DNA of 64,000 nt, taken from Capsulimonadaceae bacterium (GTDB lineage Bacteria > Armatimonadota > Armatimonadia > Armatimonadales > Capsulimonadaceae). Within the stretch, counting starts at the first letter, position 1, and the number at the start of each line of letters is the position of its first letter. Where the stretch lies: NCBI GenBank assembly GCA_965215505.1, contig OZ244065.1, positions 544,001 through 608,000 of the forward strand. The letters are read 5' to 3'. Shown here in pieces: positions 57,738 to 64,000 of this stretch. The notes under the pieces were generated by a model. It made no database searches and was not told where the DNA came from. It saw nothing but the letters and a program-made list of their open reading frames with translations. Both the position numbers and the translations under genes were made by a program.

Positions 57738-57817
57738 GCGGGCCTATGCCAATGCGGGCCTATGCCAATGCGGGCCTATGCCAATGCGGGCCTATGCCAA
57801 TGCGGGCCTATGCCAAT
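57738..57817 (+). repeat. Perfect tandem repeat, 5 x 16 nt (GCGGGCCTATGCCAAT)
   Basis: Five exact contiguous copies. Confidence 0.97.
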
Positions 57818-57834
57818 TCTAAACATGGAGGTCT

Positions 57835-58914
57835 TTGTTCACCATGCTTTTTTCACGCTTGTTGGTTAATCTCACGCGTTCTGTCGGTCTTGCTGTCCTT
57901 ACTTCCTTTGCCCTGAGTGGCTGTTCTGGCGGCGGAAACTCCGGTTATACCTCAACAAAAGGAAGCACAAGCGGTGGGTCAGGCATCGGTACAGGCGGTG
58001 GGACGGCCACCGGAACAGGGGCGGGCACCGGATCGGGCAGCGGAAGTACGACCCCTTATGTCTACAAGAGCCAAATCGCTTTACCCCAAGACGCTAATCT
58101 GTCCAACGCCCCGATGGGGATTACACTGGATAGTAGTGGTAATATCTATGTCACCACCCCTTTCCGTGTGATGAAGTTTGCCCCAAGCGGAACATTGCTG
58201 ACTCAGTTTGGCACTGGCGGAACAGGTATCGGGCAAGTTTATGGTCCACAGAGCATCGCCCTAGATGGTGTCGGCAATATCTTCGTCGTTGATAGCGGCA
58301 ACTGGCGGGTGGAAAAGTTCGACGCTGATGGCAACTACCTAAGCCAGTTTGGGACTCAGGGCAGCGGGAAGGGGCAGTTCCAATATCCAGCTGGAGTTGT
58401 CTTCAACAATGCCGGCAATATCTATGTTACAGACAACTATGGGGCAGCTATCAGAGCAGGAGATGGTAACCGCGTGGAAGAATTCGGCCCTGGGGGGAAT
58501 TATCTAGGTCAGATCGCGACTAGTCAATTCATCGACGGTCACGGGATTGCTATGGATGCCTCGGGGTTTTTCTATGTGACGGACGCCAGCCAGGGTGACG
58601 TCTGTAAGTTCAGCCCTACCGGCTCCCTCGTCGCAAAGATTGGTACACCAGGGTTCAATAGTGGGCAACTACAGGAGCCAGAAGGGGTGGCGGTAGATGC
58701 TGGCGGAAACATCTATGTCACAGATGACGTCCGAAATTGTGTGAACAAATATGGCCCCAGCGGGGTTTTCCTTACCCAGATCGGAACCAGCAGCGAATTG
58801 GCAGCAGACGGAGAACTTTCTCGCCCGTTGGGTGTCGCTCTAGACAAAAGTGGAAACGTCTATGTCGCTGACTACGGGGACAGGAGGATTGAAGTGTTTA
58901 GCCCGACGTTTTAG
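57835..58914 (+). CDS. NHL-repeat beta-propeller lipoprotein
   Basis: LSGC lipobox, Gly/Ser/Thr linker, repeated P.GxAxD..GNxYVxD units; lower GC. Confidence 0.88.
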   Translation: MFTMLFSRLLVNLTRSVGLAVLTSFALSGCSGGGNSGYTSTKGSTSGGSGIGTGGGTATGTGAGTGSGSGSTTPYVYKSQIALPQDANLSNAPMGITLDSSGNIYVTTPFRVMKFAPSGTLLTQFGTGGTGIGQVYGPQSIALDGVGNIFVVDSGNWRVEKFDADGNYLSQFGTQGSGKGQFQYPAGVVFNNAGNIYVTDNYGAAIRAGDGNRVEEFGPGGNYLGQIATSQFIDGHGIAMDASGFFYVTDASQGDVCKFSPTGSLVAKIGTPGFNSGQLQEPEGVAVDAGGNIYVTDDVRNCVNKYGPSGVFLTQIGTSSELAADGELSRPLGVALDKSGNVYVADYGDRRIEVFSPTF

Positions 58915-58974
58915 TTTCCTCTGGTTAGGCAGATGGACGCAGGCGTGGCTTCCCGGTTTAGATGCCGGACTTTG

Positions 58975-59003
58975 TTGACAGGCGTTGAGGAACCGTGTAG
59001 AAT
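58975..59003 (+). promoter_or_regulatory. Sigma70-type promoter
   Basis: TTGACA-17 nt-TAGAAT. Confidence 0.7.
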
Positions 59004-59064
59004 ACTCGCAGGCGTCGAGCGGTAGGTGTTGAACGGAAGTGGGAAAGCGGGCGGCGCATACATC

Positions 59065-60954
59065 GTGAAATCTGTCAAAACGAACTGCCGACGCTCGCCC
59101 TTTCTCCTGCGTAGTTTGTTCTTCCTGGCTGTCGCAGTGTTCTTGCTGAATGGGGCAAGAGTGGCTTCGGCCCAGAACAGCCCGCAGATCGCCGTCGGCA
59201 ACGCGGACTGCGTGGCGACGGACGCGCTCGGGCGCACACTGCCGACCTACCAGGAAGTCGGCCCGCCGAAGCCGAACCGCTACGTCGGGATGTTCTACTG
59301 GCAGTGGCACGGGCCGGACCGCTGGGGGCCGGACTACAACGTCACCGAGTTCCTGAAGACGCATCCGGGCTTCAAGGACTTCGAGGCGCACCCGAAGGGC
59401 GGGCCGGGCGACCCGACCTGGTACTGGGCCGAGCCGCTGTTCGGCTACTACCTCTCGACGGACCCGTGGGTCATCCGCAAGCACCTGAGAATGCTGGCCG
59501 ACGCGGGCGTGGACTTCCTGTTCCTGGACTACACCAACGGGAGCATCTACGACGCCGAGCTGACGCAGTTCCTCGCCGTGGCCGAGGACATGAAGGCCAA
59601 AGGGGTTCACGTCCCGCGCCTGGCGTTCTTCCTGAACTCCGAGCCGGAGTGGAAGATCGAGGCGCTGTATCGGACCTGGTACAAGCCGGGGAAACACGCC
59701 GACATGTGGTTCCGGTGGCAGGGCAAGCCGCTCCTCATGGCGAGCCGCCCGGCCCAGCCCGTCAAGATGAAGGACCCCGCCCTGCTGCCGGCCATCCAGG
59801 ACTATTTCACCTGGCGGCCCACATGGGCCTTCCACGACGCCGCCAAGGAGCCGACAAAGTGGCGCTTCATGGACGAGTTCTATCAGGGAGGCCCGCAACG
59901 CCCCGCGCTCGGGCCGGACGGCAAGGTCGAGCAGATGGTGGTTTCCAAGTCGCTCGGCGGGCCGCTCTGGGGCAACATGAAGACTGGCGGCGTGAGCTGC
60001 GCGCCCGGCCATGTGCCCGTTTACAACGACCAGTGGGTTTCGCCGGATGCCGCGAAGGGCATCTTTTTTCAAGCACAATGGGACAACGCCGCGAAGGTGG
60101 CCGCGCCGATCCTGCTGGTGACCGGGTGGAACGAGTGGACCGCGTCCGTCTGGGAGACGCCCGGCGTCGTGTTCCTAGGCCGCACGACGCAGGCCGGGCA
60201 GGGCCACATCGTGGACGAGTTCAATGCCGACTTCAACCGCGACCTGGAGCCCATGAAGGGCGGGTACGGCGACGACTATTACAACCAGTTCGTCGCGAAC
60301 ATGCGGCGCTACAAAGGGATGCCGGTCCCCACCCCGCCGTCCGCGCCGCGAACAATCCGGCTCCAGGAGTCGTATAAACAGTGGGGCGGCGTCCGCCCCA
60401 TCTACCGGAACGCGGGCGGCATCGCGGCGCGCGATTGGGACGGGGCCACGCCGCACACGCACTACACGGACAGGAGCGCGCGGAACGACATCGTTCTGGC
60501 ACAGGTGGCGCGGGACGGTGCCGACGTCTACTTCCATGTCCGCACGGCCGCGCCCGTGACAGCGCCGACCGGCCGGAACTGGATGCTGCTGCTCCTTGAT
60601 ACTCACGCCCTTGACGTGTCGGGCTGGCACGGGTATGATTTCTTGATAAACCGGGACCGGGCCGGCGACCGCTGCACGGTCGAGCGCAACGTCGGCGGCG
60701 GATGGGACTGGGAGCGGGCCGGCACGGCGCGGTTTGTCCGGCAGGGCCGTGACCTGATGCTGGCCGTCCCGCGCAGGGCGCTCGGCCTAGCTCCGGCGCG
60801 CGGCCCGCTCACGCTCGATTTCAAGTGGACGGACGGCCTCCCGGAACGGCCGGACATCATGGACTTTTACGGCAAAGGGGATGTCGCCCCGGACGCCCGC
60901 TTCAACTACCGCTTCGCGGAGCCTGCACGGCAGGGAACCCGGCGGGCACACTAG
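59065..60954 (+). CDS. Secreted putative glycoside hydrolase (GH99/GH71-like barrel plus beta-sandwich)
   Basis: Signal peptide; VGMFYWQW, EPLFGYY, AGVDFLFLD, GWNEW; start uncertain. Confidence 0.6.
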   Translation: MKSVKTNCRRSPFLLRSLFFLAVAVFLLNGARVASAQNSPQIAVGNADCVATDALGRTLPTYQEVGPPKPNRYVGMFYWQWHGPDRWGPDYNVTEFLKTHPGFKDFEAHPKGGPGDPTWYWAEPLFGYYLSTDPWVIRKHLRMLADAGVDFLFLDYTNGSIYDAELTQFLAVAEDMKAKGVHVPRLAFFLNSEPEWKIEALYRTWYKPGKHADMWFRWQGKPLLMASRPAQPVKMKDPALLPAIQDYFTWRPTWAFHDAAKEPTKWRFMDEFYQGGPQRPALGPDGKVEQMVVSKSLGGPLWGNMKTGGVSCAPGHVPVYNDQWVSPDAAKGIFFQAQWDNAAKVAAPILLVTGWNEWTASVWETPGVVFLGRTTQAGQGHIVDEFNADFNRDLEPMKGGYGDDYYNQFVANMRRYKGMPVPTPPSAPRTIRLQESYKQWGGVRPIYRNAGGIAARDWDGATPHTHYTDRSARNDIVLAQVARDGADVYFHVRTAAPVTAPTGRNWMLLLLDTHALDVSGWHGYDFLINRDRAGDRCTVERNVGGGWDWERAGTARFVRQGRDLMLAVPRRALGLAPARGPLTLDFKWTDGLPERPDIMDFYGKGDVAPDARFNYRFAEPARQGTRRAH

Positions 60955-60977
60955 GCAGATTCTGAAAGCAGAGCAAG

Positions 60978-61877
60978 ATGCGGTATAACACGCCCAATTC
61001 ACCACTGGACTCGCTGAGGGATTTCGTGCAGCGCGGCGGCGTGCCGGTCACGCTGTCCCTCGTTGCCATCAACGTCCTCACATTCCTGGCCGCATTCTTT
61101 TCGCCCGCAGTCGCCGGCTACTTTCTCCAGACGGAGATGGTTTTCGGCGGAAGCGTTTCGAGGGTCCTGCATGCGCCCTGGACTCTGCTGACCTATTCCC
61201 TGGTGTCCCCGGAGGCGTTTTCGTTCTGGTTCGTCATTAACCTGGTCTTCTTCTGGCTTAGTGGCGGCAGTCTGGAGCGGAGCTGGGGGAGTCAACGCTT
61301 TGCGATCTTCTTCTTCGCGCTGACGCTGGCCTCCTCGCTTTCCCTGCTGGCGGGGAGACTGCTGCTGCACGGGCCGCTCCCGCCGCTGTACGGCGTGTTC
61401 CTGCCCTGGACCGGACTGATCGTTGCCTTCTGCATGCTCAACCCGGAGCAGCAGATCACGGTCTACTTCTTTCCGGTGCGCGCCAAGTACCTGGCGATCG
61501 GCGTGACGGTCTTGACCTACTTCAACTATGGCTCCATGCTGGGGCCCCTGCCGGGCCTGTTCTCGCTCGGCGGCATCCTGCTGGCGTACCTGTATGTCAA
61601 GTTCGGGCGCTCGTGGGGCGACATCGGCTCCTACAGCACCCCGCGCCGCGACTTCCGTGGCCCGGACCTGCGGATGGACACGCGCACCGAGCGGCCCACG
61701 TTCCGCACCACACCGCGCACCACCCTGGACGGCTCCCCGCAGCGGCGCAGCCCGTTCGACTTCGCGGGCCGCTGGAAGGACCGGCAGGACCGACGCCGCC
61801 TGGAGAAGCTGTGGAAGAACTCCGGCCTGCCCGGCTCCGAGCCGGAGTGGCGCGACGACGAGAAGCGCCGCCGGTAG
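60978..61877 (+). CDS. Rhomboid-fold membrane protein, probably catalytically inactive
   Basis: PWTLLTY, LERSWG...F, FFPVRAKYL; no GxSG motif or catalytic His. Confidence 0.75.
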   Translation: MRYNTPNSPLDSLRDFVQRGGVPVTLSLVAINVLTFLAAFFSPAVAGYFLQTEMVFGGSVSRVLHAPWTLLTYSLVSPEAFSFWFVINLVFFWLSGGSLERSWGSQRFAIFFFALTLASSLSLLAGRLLLHGPLPPLYGVFLPWTGLIVAFCMLNPEQQITVYFFPVRAKYLAIGVTVLTYFNYGSMLGPLPGLFSLGGILLAYLYVKFGRSWGDIGSYSTPRRDFRGPDLRMDTRTERPTFRTTPRTTLDGSPQRRSPFDFAGRWKDRQDRRRLEKLWKNSGLPGSEPEWRDDEKRRR

Positions 61878-61955
61878 CACTTTTTTATAACCGTTCGATC
61901 TTTTGCTCTTTATCACCCGCTCGCGACCCTCTGTTTAGAGAGGAACACTCCAAGG

Positions 61956-63626
61956 ATGTCTGCAATGCACAAACGCTCTCCGTATCCACTCTCGGCCGCT
62001 CTGCTGCTGCTGGGGCCGGCCGCCATCGCCCAGGTCACGCCGGCCACGACGGACCCGGTGACGCCGTCGGCTTCGCCCGTCAGCCCGGTGCAGGTGGACT
62101 ATTACCGGGGCAACCTCGGCCACACCGGAGTCGCCGACGAGAAGCTCGCCGCGCCGCTGTCCGTACTCTGGCGGCACACGACGTCTTACGCCAAGAATAA
62201 TCCCGCCTCGCCGGTTTACGGCGCTTCGACCGTCTATTTCCCCTCCGGCGGCGCGTTCTACGCCCTGAACGCGGCGGACGGGACCATGCGCTGGCAGTAC
62301 CCGGCGGACGGCAAGGCGCGCACCTTCTTCGCGACCACCCCCGCCCTCTCCGGCGGCTTCCTGTATGTCACCGACGACAACGGGCAGGCCTACAAGCTGG
62401 ACGCCGCCACCGGGAAACAGGTCTGGACGGCGAAGCTGGAGGGCACCATCCGCTCCGCCCCGATCGTCAGCAACGGCGTCGTCTACTTCGGCAGCGGCAA
62501 CAGCCACGGGTACGCGCTCAGTGCGGACACCGGCCAGGTGGTGTGGGACACCGAGATGGGCGGGCCGATCACGACGTCGCCCACGATCACCGGCGGCCTC
62601 GTCGTCTTCACGTCCTCGGACGGCAACGCCTACAGCCTCAACGCCCGCACCGGGAAGAAAGGCTGGGCGGTCCAGTTCGCCGGCGACCCCAGCCTCGTCC
62701 CGCCCGTCTATGACGGCAGCACCCTGTATGTGGCGGCGGGGAGTACGGTCTACGGCCTGGACCCGAACAACGGTGCCAAACGGTCCACGATCAAGCTCCC
62801 GACCGACGTCCTCATCCCGCCGACCGTCAGCGGGGACTCGGTGTATGTCATCACGCAGTCCAACGACCTTTACGCGCTGACCTTGGCCGGGCGCAAGCGG
62901 TGGAGCGTCACGCTGGACGCGGCCGAGACGGCCCCGCCGCTCCTCGCCGGGAACCTGCTGCTGGTGGCGACACAGCCGGGCGTCCTGTCCGGCTACGACG
63001 CGGGCACCGGCAAGCTGGTCTGGCGCTATGTCGTCCAGGCCAGCGCGACCGACAGCCAGCCGAAGTACCCCTCCACGACCGTCTACGCCGCCCCCATCGT
63101 CGCGGCGGGCACGCTGTACGTCGTCAGCGATGACGGGTCGCTCACCGCCTTCCGGTCGGACGCGCCGGGCAACATCGGGCCGCAGTTCACCGAGCTTGTC
63201 CCCGAGGCCGGCGCGACCGTGCGCGGCGATAGCCTGACCTATGGGGCGCTCGTCATCGCGGAAGGGTCTGGCATCAACCCTGCCTCCGTCAGCCTGAAGG
63301 TGGACGATGAAACCGACGTGAAGGCCGTCTACCATGCCGGCCAGAACGCCGTCTACGACACGCCGACGACCCCGCTCAAGGAGGGCGAACACAACATCAC
63401 TCTTCGGGTGGCGGACTGGCGCGGCAACGTGACCTCGCAGACCTGGAGTTTCACCGTGAACGACCAGGGCGGGCGCGGGCGGCCTGGGAACGGCGGCTTC
63501 GGCGGCAATGGCGGCTTCGGCGGGCCCGGCGGTTTCGGTAACCCAGGCGGTCCGGGTGGACCGGGCGGTCCGCCGGACGGGCGCGATCAGGGGACGCCGC
63601 CGCCGCCGCCAATCGGGGCCTTCTAG
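61956..63626 (+). CDS. Secreted PQQ-like beta-propeller protein with Ig-like domain and Gly/Pro-rich tail
   Basis: Repeated YALxAxTG..W units; signal peptide; GGFGG repeats. Confidence 0.85.
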   Translation: MSAMHKRSPYPLSAALLLLGPAAIAQVTPATTDPVTPSASPVSPVQVDYYRGNLGHTGVADEKLAAPLSVLWRHTTSYAKNNPASPVYGASTVYFPSGGAFYALNAADGTMRWQYPADGKARTFFATTPALSGGFLYVTDDNGQAYKLDAATGKQVWTAKLEGTIRSAPIVSNGVVYFGSGNSHGYALSADTGQVVWDTEMGGPITTSPTITGGLVVFTSSDGNAYSLNARTGKKGWAVQFAGDPSLVPPVYDGSTLYVAAGSTVYGLDPNNGAKRSTIKLPTDVLIPPTVSGDSVYVITQSNDLYALTLAGRKRWSVTLDAAETAPPLLAGNLLLVATQPGVLSGYDAGTGKLVWRYVVQASATDSQPKYPSTTVYAAPIVAAGTLYVVSDDGSLTAFRSDAPGNIGPQFTELVPEAGATVRGDSLTYGALVIAEGSGINPASVSLKVDDETDVKAVYHAGQNAVYDTPTTPLKEGEHNITLRVADWRGNVTSQTWSFTVNDQGGRGRPGNGGFGGNGGFGGPGGFGNPGGPGGPGGPPDGRDQGTPPPPPIGAF

Positions 63627-63680
63627 CGGAAATTCCTTCTAGCGGAAATTCTCGGCTCCTCCAAGGAAGAAAGGTCGGCT

Positions 63681-64000
63681 ATGGAAGGCCCTATCAACAC
63701 GGAAGCTTGGCTCCGGCTCAACGCCCTGGAGTTCGCGCCGCATCGCCTGCACGCGCTGCTGGAGGCCTTCGGCGGGGACCCCACCGCCCTCTTCGCCTCT
63801 TCCGGCGCGGAGCGCGCGGAGCGACTGCCGCAGTTCAACGGAAAGCGGCTGGCGCACCTCAGCGCCGTCCGCCAGCGTGACTTCGCCCGCGAGCTCACGG
63901 CGCTGGAGAAGAGCGGCGCGCACCTGGTCACGATCCAGGATGCGTGCTATCCCGCGAACCTGCGCCCCCTCCCCGATGCCCCGCCGGTCCTGTTCGTGCG
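63681..64000 (+). CDS. dprA: DNA-processing protein DprA (3' truncated by window edge)
   Basis: LLEAFG...LVTIQDACYPANLRPLPDAPPVLFV matches the DprA N-terminal region; AAGGAAGAAAGG upstream. Confidence 0.88.
   Translation, partial: MEGPINTEAWLRLNALEFAPHRLHALLEAFGGDPTALFASSGAERAERLPQFNGKRLAHLSAVRQRDFARELTALEKSGAHLVTIQDACYPANLRPLPDAPPVLFV

Noticed and set aside
57738-57817. CRISPR array
   Set aside because: The 16-nt units are contiguous with no spacers, and no cas genes are nearby
63480-63610. Non-coding repeat element
   Set aside because: It is the low-complexity GGFGG/GGP coding tail of the beta-propeller protein

Overview
High-GC bacterial chromosomal window. The gene order (ffh-rpsP-khpA-rimM-trmD-rplS-lepB-rnhB-yraN, split gcvPA/gcvPB) is Terrabacteria-like; Armatimonadota is a tentative guess. 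Core genes: hemB, a PhoP/PhoR-like pair, purH behind a ZTP riboswitch, livG-livF-gcvT-gcvH-gcvPA-gcvPB-lipoate ligase, the ffh-rplS cluster, two lepB, rnhB, yraN, aroA, comM and the start of dprA. Accessory content: a glycoside hydrolase island (GH116, GH127, clan GH-A, GH10, GH35), a decayed GH30-like gene, a VWA plus TPR-DivIVA pair, an uncharacterised six-gene membrane operon around a DUF6754-like gene, four tandem double-YbjQ genes, a c-di-GMP-I riboswitch ahead of a tiny secreted protein, and several lower-GC inserted genes. Several REP/REPIN-like palindrome families occur, some bracketing apparently foreign genes. I saw no tRNA, rRNA, CRISPR array, transposase or integrase. All family calls come from motif recognition by eye, with no database searches.
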